A stretch of 64,000 nucleotides of DNA from an uncultured Pseudomonadota bacterium (GTDB taxonomy: Bacteria; Myxococcota_A; Polyangia; Fen-1088): contig CAVQDT010000008.1 in assembly GCA_963711305.1 (NCBI GenBank), positions 512,446-576,445 on the forward strand, given 5' to 3'. Positions 43,014-53,475 of this stretch are shown in pieces; position 1 is the first letter of the stretch; each line of letters opens with the position of its first letter. The notes under the pieces are model-generated. The model was not told the DNA's origin and searched no databases. It worked only from the letters and a program-made list of their open reading frames with translations. The translations under genes and the position numbers were made by a program.

Positions 43014-44285
43014 GTGCTTCGCGCGTGCGTCGCTCTTTCCATGCTGATGGTGTGCGGCGCGGGCCGGGCAGCCCCGCCGGTTCACCTGTCGGGCAGCGCC
43101 GAGGTCGAGGGGGCGACCGGTTACGACACCAACCTCTTTCTGCAGATCGCCGCGAGCCCCGACAGCCCGAACTACCACGCCTATTCGGGGGCGTTTCTGC
43201 GGCTGCACCCGGTCCTGACCGGCGCGAGCGTCGGTAGCGGCTTTCGCTTCGAGCTGCGCTACGGCGTCGACGTGACCCAGACCTTCGGCGCGGGACGGCT
43301 CTATCTGCAGGACGCCGACCTGTCGCTGTCGATTCCCGAGCTCGGACCGCTTGGCCTGCGCGCGGCGGTCACCGGCGGCCGCTTCGACGCCGGACAGTTC
43401 GGCACCGACAGCTTCTGGTCGTGGGGCGGCCGCGGCCAGCTGACGTTGCGCGCGCACGAGACGGTGCGCGCGTCGGCGACCTACGAGATCGACTGGCGCC
43501 ACTTTGTCGACGCGACCGCGCTGCAGGTGCGCGGCGACCTCGGCCAGTCGGCGCGGCTGGCGGCGATCTGGTCGCCCGCGCCGGCGCTCGATCTGAGCCT
43601 GGACGGCGAGTACATGTCGCTGCGCTCCGATGTGGTCGATGCGACGCAGCCGGCCGGGCAGCTGGGGCGGTTTCGCGGCGGGATCGGCGTCGCGTACATT
43701 CCGGTAGCCACGGTCACGACCAGCGCGTCGGCGTGGGCGGGAACGCAGAGCAGCGACGGCGCGGAGACCGACCGGCAATTCGGCGGCGCGCTGGCCGTCT
43801 CGCATCGCGCCGGCGCCGCCGTCGACCTCGTCGTCCGCTACGATCTGCTGCTCAACCGGGCGGTGGCGGTGACCTCGTCGGACTACGCGCGGCACGTGCT
43901 GACCCTGGCGCTGGTCGGCCACCTGAGCCCGTCGCCGTCGCGCGCCTCGGCGCCGGTGGCCGAAGAAGGACCGGTGCCGCTGTCGCCGCTGGTCCAGGGG
44001 TCGCGCGTGCGCTTTCGCCTGCGGGCGCGCGGAGCGGCGACGGTCTCGGTCATCGGGTCCTGGAACGACTGGGCGTCCGAGCAACCGGAGCAACAGCTTC
44101 GCGCGACGCGGGATCTCGAGCTCTGGGAGGGCTGGGTAGAGGTCGGCGGCGGCGACCACCGCTACCATTTTCTGGTCGACGGGCGGCCGACGCGGCCCGT
44201 CGATGCTCCGCGCTATCTCCCCGACGGCTTCGGCGGCGAGGATGGCGCGCTGGCAGTGGATGCCGATTCGGTGTATCGCCGATGA
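43014..44285 (+). CDS. Putative outer-membrane beta-barrel protein with C-terminal CBM48-like domain
   Basis: GTG start with signal MLRACVALSMLMVCGAGRA. About 290 aa show an alternating beta-strand-like pattern. Then VRFRLRARGAATVSVIGSWNDW...GGGDHRYHFLVDGRPTRP. Intact. Confidence 0.6.
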   Translation: MLRACVALSMLMVCGAGRAAPPVHLSGSAEVEGATGYDTNLFLQIAASPDSPNYHAYSGAFLRLHPVLTGASVGSGFRFELRYGVDVTQTFGAGRLYLQDADLSLSIPELGPLGLRAAVTGGRFDAGQFGTDSFWSWGGRGQLTLRAHETVRASATYEIDWRHFVDATALQVRGDLGQSARLAAIWSPAPALDLSLDGEYMSLRSDVVDATQPAGQLGRFRGGIGVAYIPVATVTTSASAWAGTQSSDGAETDRQFGGALAVSHRAGAAVDLVVRYDLLLNRAVAVTSSDYARHVLTLALVGHLSPSPSRASAPVAEEGPVPLSPLVQGSRVRFRLRARGAATVSVIGSWNDWASEQPEQQLRATRDLELWEGWVEVGGGDHRYHFLVDGRPTRPVDAPRYLPDGFGGEDGALAVDADSVYRR

Positions 44286-45070
44286 CGTTGCGTCGTAACT
44301 TCGACAAGGGACATCGTCGGGCAATGGGTTTTCGCTGGGCTTTTCTCTTTGTCTTTCTCTCTGCGGCGACCGCCGCCGCGGCCGACCCCGGCCCGCTGCC
44401 GGCGGATCCGCGGCTGGCGCCGGTGCGCGTCGACCTGGAGAAGACCGTGGCCTCGGCCACGCGCGATGGGCTGCCCGCCGAGATGATCGTCAGCAAGGTC
44501 CGCGAGGGGCTGGCCAAGGGAGTCGCCCCCGAGGTGATCCGCGACGTGGCCGCGCGGCTGGCGCAGAACCTGGCCGCCTCCGCCACGATGCTGCGGGCGC
44601 AGCGCGCCGGGTCGCCGTCGCCGTCGCTGGTTCGCGTCGTGGCCGAGGCGCGCCTGGCGGGCGTCGAGCCCGAAGCGCTGGCGCCGATCGCCGCCGCGCA
44701 CGGGCCCGACGCCGTCGTGGCGCGCGCCGTCGAGGTCGTGACCGATCTGACGGTGCGCGGCTACCCGGGGCGCCCGTCGGCGTCGCTGGTGCGCGAGATC
44801 GCCGATCGGGATGCGGCCTCACTCGGGCGCGTGGTTGCGGGCCTCGAGTCGATTCGCACCGAGCAGACCGTGAGTCGCGCCGACGCGCTCGAGGCGTTGG
44901 GACGGAACTTCCGCTCGCACGGCGCGTCGCTGGATAGCGCGGTGGCGCGCTCGCTGGAGTCGGGCGATCGCGCGGGCGGCGCCGGCGCCGATTCGCCCGG
45001 TAAGAGCGCGGAGGCGCCGGGGCATACCGGGTTGACCGGGTCGGGCAAGCCGAAGAAGCCGAAGAAGTAG
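44282..45070 (+). CDS. Secreted Ala/Arg-rich helical protein, unknown function
   Basis: The ATGA overlaps the previous stop. The signal is MGFRWAFLFVFLSAATAAAA. Repeated helical segments follow (VSKVREGLAKGVAPEVIRDVAARL...) and a Lys-rich tail KPKKPKK. Confidence 0.55.
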   Translation: MTLRRNFDKGHRRAMGFRWAFLFVFLSAATAAAADPGPLPADPRLAPVRVDLEKTVASATRDGLPAEMIVSKVREGLAKGVAPEVIRDVAARLAQNLAASATMLRAQRAGSPSPSLVRVVAEARLAGVEPEALAPIAAAHGPDAVVARAVEVVTDLTVRGYPGRPSASLVREIADRDAASLGRVVAGLESIRTEQTVSRADALEALGRNFRSHGASLDSAVARSLESGDRAGGAGADSPGKSAEAPGHTGLTGSGKPKKPKK

Positions 45071-45077
45071 GTCGCCG

Positions 45078-45098
45078 CTCGCAAGGCCTGTTTGCGAG
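45078..45098 (+). terminator. Hairpin after the 44282-45070 gene
   Basis: CTCGCAA-GGCCTGT-TTGCGAG lies 8 nt after the stop. There is no U-tract. Confidence 0.3.
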
Positions 45099-45259
45099 AC
45101 CTACGCACCGCATCGTTGTAGCTGCAACTACAACAACCGCGGCCGTCCTAGTTGCGGTGATCACAACGGGTCAGCGGTGATGCACGCGCTACACCCGCAA
45201 TGAACCACCATCTCCTTCGTTGGGATTGGTTGGCTCACTTACTGCTTCTGTTGGAAGTC

Positions 45260-45943
45260 ATGTCGCAGATGACTTCGAAGGCGCTGGCTCTGCTCGTGGG
45301 CTTCTCGATCGCGGTCGCCGGTGCGGACGCGCGCGCGACGACCACGCTGCTCTCCGATGATTTCAGCGACGGCAACGCGACCGGCTGGACGCCGACCAAC
45401 GCAGCGGAGTGGTCGGTGGTCAGCGACGGCACCGAGTTCACCTATCACCGGGCCGCATCGACCGCGACCTGGAACGACAGCTTGATCGGGCAGTATGCCT
45501 GGACCGACACCTCGGTCGAGGCGACGGTGAAGGTGAACCGCTGGCTGGTCGCCGGCGACCCGACGTACCTGGCGGCGGTTTACGCGCGCTATTCGGGCAA
45601 CTCGCCGTCGACGACCAACGGATACTTCGTGACCGTGCGCGGTGACGGCTCGATCGGCATCAACAAGCGCACCAACGGCGTCAACACCACGCTGTCGAGC
45701 TTTCCCGCCGCCGGCATGATCGCCGGCTCGTTCTACCGCATTCGCCTCGAGGTCATTGGCGCCAACCCGGTGCGCCTGAACGCGTATCTGAACGGCGTCC
45801 TGCGCGTGACCGCCGTCGACGCCAACGCGTGGATCGCCAACGGCCAGGTCGGCTTCGGCACCTACGGCACCGACGCGTCGTTCGAGAACTTCGTCGTCAC
45901 CGACGGCGACGTCATCGGCGCCGAGAGCTGGATGACCTTCTAG
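45260..45943 (+). CDS. Secreted concanavalin/LamG-like (DUF1080-type) lectin-fold protein
   Basis: Starts at MSQMTSKALALLVGFSIAVAGADA. It has LLSDDFSDGNATGW...YFVTVRGDGSIGINKR...GQVGFGTYGTDASFENFVV. It is a paralog of the N-terminal domain of the next gene. Confidence 0.65.
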   Translation: MSQMTSKALALLVGFSIAVAGADARATTTLLSDDFSDGNATGWTPTNAAEWSVVSDGTEFTYHRAASTATWNDSLIGQYAWTDTSVEATVKVNRWLVAGDPTYLAAVYARYSGNSPSTTNGYFVTVRGDGSIGINKRTNGVNTTLSSFPAAGMIAGSFYRIRLEVIGANPVRLNAYLNGVLRVTAVDANAWIANGQVGFGTYGTDASFENFVVTDGDVIGAESWMTF

Positions 45944-45996
45944 CCGCTCGCGACAACCCAAACGCTCTTGAACACAGGGAATCGAAGGAGATCACG

Positions 45997-48285
45997 ATGC
46001 GATTGACGCAAGCTCGGGTGACGTCGGGGTTGTTGGCGGGGGCGGCCGTGGGACTGCTTTCCATGAGCGGGCACGCCGCGGCGACGTTCTCGGATGACTT
46101 CGAGGACGGCAACTCCAGCGGCTGGTCGGCGGCGACCGCCTCGGAGTGGGTCGTGGTCACCGACGGCAGCGTCAAGGCGTTGGAGCGCAACGTGACCACT
46201 GCGTCCTACAACGACATGATGGGGCCGGCGATGTCGAGCGCCGACCAGGACATCGAGTTCAAGATCAAGGTCAACGCGTTCAACTCGGCGAGCTCGAGCT
46301 ATCTCGCCGGCGTCTACGCGCGCCACTCGGGCATTCAATCGGGCACCGGCGCCAACGCGTACTACGCGGTGGTGCGCGGCGGTGGCTCGATCGCGATCGA
46401 TCGCCGCTACAACGGCAGCCTGACCACGCTGACCAGCGTCGGCGCCAGCCTGACCACCGGCACCTGGAACACCATTCGCTTCACGGTCACCGGCTCGAAC
46501 CCGGTGACGCTGAGCATGTACCTGAACGGCGTGCTCAAGAAGACTTACTCGGACACCGGCTCCAGCGTGGTCACCGCGGCCGGCAAGGTGGCGTTCGGCA
46601 CCTACGGCGCCAACGCCGAGCTCGACTACGTCACGGTCGGAGGCGCGGCGTCGAGCGGCACCGGCGGCGCGTCGGGCGCGGGCGGCAGCACCGGCGCGGG
46701 CGGCACGACCAGCACCGGCGGCACGACCAGCACCGGCGGCACCACCGGCACCGGCGGCACCGCCGGCGGCGGCACGCCCGGAGCGCCGCAGACGCTGATG
46801 GTTCCCCCGGTCTCGACCACCAGCACCGGCACGACGCTGATCTGGTCGAAGCCGGCGAGCTACTCCAACGTCGCCAGCTACAACGTCTACAAGGCGGGAG
46901 CGCTGCTCGGCAACACCACGAAGCTGTTCTACACGGTGACCGGCCTCTCGCCGAGCACCACGACCTCGTTCACCGTGAAGGCGGTCTCGGGAGACGGCTC
47001 GCTCTCCGCCGATAGCAACGCGCTGTCGGTGACCACCACGGCGGCGCCGACGGTCCTCAACATCACCACCTACGGCGCGTCGACGTCGGCCACCGGCGCC
47101 GCCAACGCGCTGGCGATCCAGAGCGCCATCAACGCCTGCCCCGCGGGCGGCACCGTCCAGATCCCGAGCGGCACGTTCGTGTCGGGCGCGATCATGCTGA
47201 AGAGCAACATGACCCTGCAGGTCGACGGCACGCTGAAGGGCAGCGACCTCCTGGCCGACTACCCGTACACCAGCTGGCGCTTCCCGTACTACACCAACGC
47301 CAACTACATGGGCCTCGTCAACGCGTACACCACGACGTACGGCTCGATGACCAACGTCCGCATCACCGGCACCGGCACGATCGACGGCGGCACGTACGGC
47401 AGCGGCAGCCTGACCACGCTGGGCACTGCGCAGACCAACGCCAAGGGCGACACCGCGCGCGGCGATCTGATCACGGCCAAGGGCGTGAACGGCCTGTTCC
47501 TCGGCGGCGGCCTCACCATCGTGCACCCGTCGGAGCACACGATCTTCATCAGCTACAGCAGCAACGTCACAGTCAACGGCATCAACGTCAGCACCTACGG
47601 CATCCACAACGCCGACGGTATCGACCTGGCCACCACCGACACGGCGTACATCTTCAACTCGACGTTCGACACCGGCGACGATTGCATCAACTTCAACGCC
47701 GGCACCAGCGCGCCCGGCGTCACCGAGAACAAGCCCGACAACAACATCCGCGTCTTCAACGTGCTGACCAACCGCGGTCACGGCGGCGTGGTGTTCGGCA
47801 GCTTCACCGCCGGCTGGATCAAGAACGTGCTCGTCGAGGACTCGACTTTCAACGGCACCGACATCGGCCTGCGCTTCAAGACCGGCTCGGACCGCGGCGG
47901 CGGCGCGACGCTGGTCACCGCGCGCGACATCACGATGACCAGCATCGCGACCGACGCGATCCTGTTCGACAGCAACTACCCGGCGGGCAGCGGCTACGCC
48001 TCCGCCAGCAGCCCGGGCGTGTTCCAGACCATCAATCTCAGCAACATCACCGTCTCGACCGCCAAGGGTTACGGCCTTTGGATCCACGGCCTGTCCAACA
48101 TGCAGCACAATCACATCAACCTGACCAACGTGACCCTGACCAAGACCAAGGGCGCGTCGATCGATCAGTTCAACACCGGCGTGTTCACCAAGCTGACCTT
48201 CACCAGCAACTCGCAGAGCACGGTGTGGGCGGTCTCGAACAGCACCGGCATCAGCTGCGTGACCTGCTCGCCCTCTTACCCGTAA
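45997..48285 (+). CDS. Secreted GH28 polygalacturonase-family enzyme with N-terminal lectin-like domain, Gly/Thr linker and FN3-like module
   Basis: ATG 45997 follows GAAGGAG. GH28 motifs: HNADGIDL, TGDDCINF, NRGHGGVVFGS, GLRFKT. It shows a parallel beta-helix repeat pattern. Intact, 762 aa. Confidence 0.85.
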   Translation: MRLTQARVTSGLLAGAAVGLLSMSGHAAATFSDDFEDGNSSGWSAATASEWVVVTDGSVKALERNVTTASYNDMMGPAMSSADQDIEFKIKVNAFNSASSSYLAGVYARHSGIQSGTGANAYYAVVRGGGSIAIDRRYNGSLTTLTSVGASLTTGTWNTIRFTVTGSNPVTLSMYLNGVLKKTYSDTGSSVVTAAGKVAFGTYGANAELDYVTVGGAASSGTGGASGAGGSTGAGGTTSTGGTTSTGGTTGTGGTAGGGTPGAPQTLMVPPVSTTSTGTTLIWSKPASYSNVASYNVYKAGALLGNTTKLFYTVTGLSPSTTTSFTVKAVSGDGSLSADSNALSVTTTAAPTVLNITTYGASTSATGAANALAIQSAINACPAGGTVQIPSGTFVSGAIMLKSNMTLQVDGTLKGSDLLADYPYTSWRFPYYTNANYMGLVNAYTTTYGSMTNVRITGTGTIDGGTYGSGSLTTLGTAQTNAKGDTARGDLITAKGVNGLFLGGGLTIVHPSEHTIFISYSSNVTVNGINVSTYGIHNADGIDLATTDTAYIFNSTFDTGDDCINFNAGTSAPGVTENKPDNNIRVFNVLTNRGHGGVVFGSFTAGWIKNVLVEDSTFNGTDIGLRFKTGSDRGGGATLVTARDITMTSIATDAILFDSNYPAGSGYASASSPGVFQTINLSNITVSTAKGYGLWIHGLSNMQHNHINLTNVTLTKTKGASIDQFNTGVFTKLTFTSNSQSTVWAVSNSTGISCVTCSPSYP

Positions 48286-48346
48286 GGGCGGCGGCCGGCG
48301 CCCGCGGACACCTGTCCGCGGACAGCTGGAACGTCCGAGGTTGATT

Positions 48347-48379
48347 GCGCGGCGCGGACGCCCCAAGTCCGCGCCGCGC
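48347..48379 (+). terminator. 13-bp perfect GC hairpin after the GH28 gene (may also be a regulator binding site)
   Basis: GCGCGGCGCGGAC-GCCCCAA-GTCCGCGCCGCGC, then GCGCGTTT. A second palindrome, CGCGGACA-CC-TGTCCGCG, lies at 48303-48320. Confidence 0.45.
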
Positions 48380-48393
48380 GCGCGTTTAGCGCT

Positions 48394-48409
48394 TGGCACG
48401 GCGGGTGCT
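48394..48409 (+). promoter_or_regulatory. Sigma-54 (-24/-12) promoter
   Basis: TGGCACG-GCGG-GTGCT against the consensus TGGCACG-N4-TTGCW. The GG and GC have correct spacing. It is about 53 nt upstream of the small ORF heading an operon that encodes a sigma-54-dependent activator. Confidence 0.6.
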
Positions 48410-48461
48410 CTGAGAGGTTGCGTAACACCCGTCAACGCAACAATCGCCTCGGAGAGCCGCC

Positions 48462-48649
48462 ATGGACATTCAGCAGAGACTGACCGCCTTCGCCCTGGTG
48501 GTCGCAACCTGGGCGACGTGGATCCTGGCCGGGCTCTCCGCGGGTGGCGTCGCTGGCGCCCTGGACCGCGCCGTCTACCTGGTCCGGACCAGCGCGCGAA
48601 CCGGCGCCCGCGGCGCCAACGGCAAGACGACGGTCCTCATCGCGCTCCA

Positions 48650-48653
<4 letters not shown>
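48462..48653 (+). CDS. Small membrane protein (63 aa) translationally coupled to the ABC ATPase
   Basis: GGAGAG lies 6 nt upstream. GC3 is very high. There is a TM-like LTAFALVVATWATWILAGLSAGGVAGAL. The stop overlaps the next ATG (ATGA at 48650-48653). Confidence 0.45.
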
Positions 48654-49420
<767 letters not shown>

Positions 49421-49431
49421 GGAGAGAGGGC

Positions 49432-50757
49432 ATGCGTCTCATCCCCTACCACACGCGTCTCGCCTGGCGCAGCCTGCGCCGCGACCCGGGATTGTCGGCC
49501 ACGATCGTGATCGTCCTGGCGGTGGCGGCCTGCATCTTCAGCACGGCGCTGCTCCACTGGCTGCGCTTCTATGGCCCGCGGCCGGCGCTGTCGCCGGGGC
49601 TGCATCAGGTGGAGATCAGCGTCGACGATCGCACCCTGCGCCAGGCATTCGTTGGCTCCAACGCGGCGCCCAGTCGTCTGGCGCCGCACACGCGCCTCAG
49701 CTTTCCCAGCTACCAGGTGCTGGCGCGGAGCGGAATTCCCTCGCAGCAGATGGCGACCTTTCGCTCGCGCTTGTGGATCGCGTCCAGCAGCACCCCCGTG
49801 GGGGGCCGCGTGTCGCCCGAGCAGGCGCACTCGCGCAACGCGCGCTTTGTCGACGCCGCGTTCTTCACGATGTTCGCGCAGCGCCTGCGCTGGGGAGCGG
49901 CGTGGTCGCATGACGACGAGGTCGCCGGGCGCTCGCGCGTGGTTCTGAGCCTCCGTCTCAACGACGAGCTGTTCGGCGGGGACGACAGCACCGGCAAGAC
50001 CGTGCGCATCGATGGGCGGCCCTATGTCGTTACCGGCGTGCTGGCCGAGGACGCCCCGGTCAACGCCGAGTGGGACCCCGCCGCTGCCGGCGGCGGCCAG
50101 GACGCCGTCTACCTGCCGTTCGCGGAGCACGAGCGCCTGCAGGCCTGGCCCGAGACGCCTTACTACGTGACGCCGGTCCGGCCCCATCGCGACGATCTGT
50201 TGAAGTCCGACGCGGTCTTCGTCACCTTCTGGGTCGATCTGACGACGCCGGATCAGGTCGCCGCGTACCAGCGCTACGTGGACGCGCAGCTGGGGCCGCG
50301 CGGGCTGCGCCACCAGACGCGCGATCTCGCAGCGTGGCGCGAGGTGGTGAAGATTCCGCCGTCGGTGATCAGCTTCTTCACGCTGGTGACCCTGATCATC
50401 TTTGCGGGCTCGGGCCTCATCGTCGCGCGCCTGCTGATGGCCAAGACACTGGTGCGCGGCGACGAGCTCGGCGTGTTTCGCGCGCTGGGTGCGCCGCGCG
50501 GCGCGCTGTTCTGGCGCCAGATCATCGAGGCCGCGATCCTGTCCGACATCGCGGCTTCGATAGGCACGATCCTCGCCGTACCGCTGGCCGAGCTTTACAA
50601 CCGCTTCGTGCGCGACAACGACATCCCTCTGCGCCTGTCGTGGCTCGCGGTGGCGCTGATCTTCGCGACGACCCTGGTCGTGGGCATTGGCGCGGCGCTG
50701 TACCCGAGCTGGATGGCCGCGCGGCGCCGGCCGACGCTCACGCTGGGGAGGGTCTGA
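49432..50757 (+). CDS. FtsX/MacB-family ABC permease 1
   Basis: 441 aa. TM1, a large extracytoplasmic domain, then a C-terminal FtsX-type 3-TM bundle (LVRGDELGVFRALGAPRGALFWRQIIEAAILS). Intact. Confidence 0.85.
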   Translation: MRLIPYHTRLAWRSLRRDPGLSATIVIVLAVAACIFSTALLHWLRFYGPRPALSPGLHQVEISVDDRTLRQAFVGSNAAPSRLAPHTRLSFPSYQVLARSGIPSQQMATFRSRLWIASSSTPVGGRVSPEQAHSRNARFVDAAFFTMFAQRLRWGAAWSHDDEVAGRSRVVLSLRLNDELFGGDDSTGKTVRIDGRPYVVTGVLAEDAPVNAEWDPAAAGGGQDAVYLPFAEHERLQAWPETPYYVTPVRPHRDDLLKSDAVFVTFWVDLTTPDQVAAYQRYVDAQLGPRGLRHQTRDLAAWREVVKIPPSVISFFTLVTLIIFAGSGLIVARLLMAKTLVRGDELGVFRALGAPRGALFWRQIIEAAILSDIAASIGTILAVPLAELYNRFVRDNDIPLRLSWLAVALIFATTLVVGIGAALYPSWMAARRRPTLTLGRV

Positions 50758-50759
50758 GC

Positions 50760-52013
50760 GTGATCTTCGAGGTCGGACCGCTGCTCCGCACCATTCGCCG
50801 CCGCCCGGCGATCTGGGCGCTCATGGTGCTGGAGGTCGCGGTCGGCGTCACCGCTATCGGCACGCTGCTGATCTCGGGCGCCTGGTACGGCGAGGGTGGC
50901 GCGCAGCCGAGTGGTCTCGACGAAACAAACCTGGTCTTGATCTCGACGTACACGCCGAGCCCCGCGGGGCTCGCGGGAGCCGCCGCCGAGCGCGCGGTCC
51001 GCGAGGGCGAGCGCGCCGATCGCCGCATCGTGCGCGCGCTTCCCGACGTCGAGGCCGCGACCTGGGTGACCAGCACCATCCTCGAGGACCGCTGGAGCTA
51101 CCCGTCGCTGTTCTCGGTGGCGGGCGGGCCGCCCGGCGCCGCGCCGGATGCAGTCGCGTGGGTGACTCATACCGACGGCGACCTGGCGCGCGCTCTCGGC
51201 CTGCGGTTCATCGCGGGCGAGATGCCGGCGCTCGGCGCTGCCGTGGATACCGACGGGGATCCTGCGCTCGGCGACCGGCCGGTCGCGGCAGTGATCACGC
51301 GCTGCCTCGCCGCGCGCCTGTTCGGCGATCCGCGCGCGGCGCCGGGCGCGCCCCTGACGTCGAGTCGCTCGGGCGCCGTCGCGGTGACCGGCGTGGTCGA
51401 GGACGTCACCATGCGCATGGCGCTGATGCCATACGCAACCTGCACGGTGTTCCTGTTCGGTGGCGCGCCTGTCGATCACGAGGCGCGAATGATCGCGCGT
51501 GCGCGGCCCGGGCGGCGTGATGCGCTCGTCGGCGCGGTGACCGCGGCGCTCGCCGGACCGGCGGCAGACCGCCTGGTCGACGTGCGGCCCTTCGACTCGA
51601 GCACCGGCACGCACCACCGCATCGGGCTCGGCCTCTTGCGGCTCCTCGGCTTCTTCGGCGTCATGGTGGCGCTGATCGCGCTCCTGGGCGCGCTCGCGGC
51701 GACCTCATTCCTGGTGGCTCAGCGCACGCGCCAGATCGGCATCCGGCGCGCGCTCGGCGCCACGCGCGGCGACATCGTGTCGTACTTTCTCGTCGAGTGC
51801 GCGATCGCCGCCGCGATGGGCTCGATCATTGGCGTCGCGGCCACGGCGGCGCTGTTCGCAGTGATGCGCCAGGTGTTCCACGCCATCCGCTTCAACTTCG
51901 CGCTCATGTTGCTGGCGCTCGCGACTCTCTGGGTCGGGACGATCGTCGCGACGTTGATCCCGGCGCTGCGCGCCGCGCGCGTCTCACCCAGCGTCGCGGG
52001 GCGCAGCCTGTGA
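50760..52013 (+). CDS. FtsX/MacB-family ABC permease 2
   Basis: A GTG start lies 2 nt after the previous stop. The topology is the same, with QRTRQIGIRRALGATRGDIVSYFLVECAIAAAMGS. Intact. Confidence 0.8.
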   Translation: MIFEVGPLLRTIRRRPAIWALMVLEVAVGVTAIGTLLISGAWYGEGGAQPSGLDETNLVLISTYTPSPAGLAGAAAERAVREGERADRRIVRALPDVEAATWVTSTILEDRWSYPSLFSVAGGPPGAAPDAVAWVTHTDGDLARALGLRFIAGEMPALGAAVDTDGDPALGDRPVAAVITRCLAARLFGDPRAAPGAPLTSSRSGAVAVTGVVEDVTMRMALMPYATCTVFLFGGAPVDHEARMIARARPGRRDALVGAVTAALAGPAADRLVDVRPFDSSTGTHHRIGLGLLRLLGFFGVMVALIALLGALAATSFLVAQRTRQIGIRRALGATRGDIVSYFLVECAIAAAMGSIIGVAATAALFAVMRQVFHAIRFNFALMLLALATLWVGTIVATLIPALRAARVSPSVAGRSL

Positions 52014-52023
52014 AGGAGTCATC

Positions 52024-53471
<1,448 letters not shown>

Positions 53472-53475
<4 letters not shown>

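Noticed and set aside
45231-45246. Sigma-54-like TGGCTC-N6-CTGCT upstream of the lectin gene
   Set aside because: The GG/GC spacing is correct, but the element ends only about 14 nt before the ATG. That would leave essentially no leader for the GGAAG ribosome-binding site. Both halves deviate from consensus, so this is likely coincidence.
46672-46790. GGC/ACC-rich tandem-like DNA repeats (also at 30960-31260 and 60880-61080) as possible CRISPR arrays or satellites
   Set aside because: They lie in frame within secreted proteins and encode Gly/Thr/Ser linkers. The units are short and irregular, with no repeat-spacer architecture and no cas genes.
45940-48507. 855-aa minus-strand ORF
   Set aside because: It is entirely antisense to the intact GH28 gene and has a low-complexity R/A/G/D composition. 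It is a shadow ORF.
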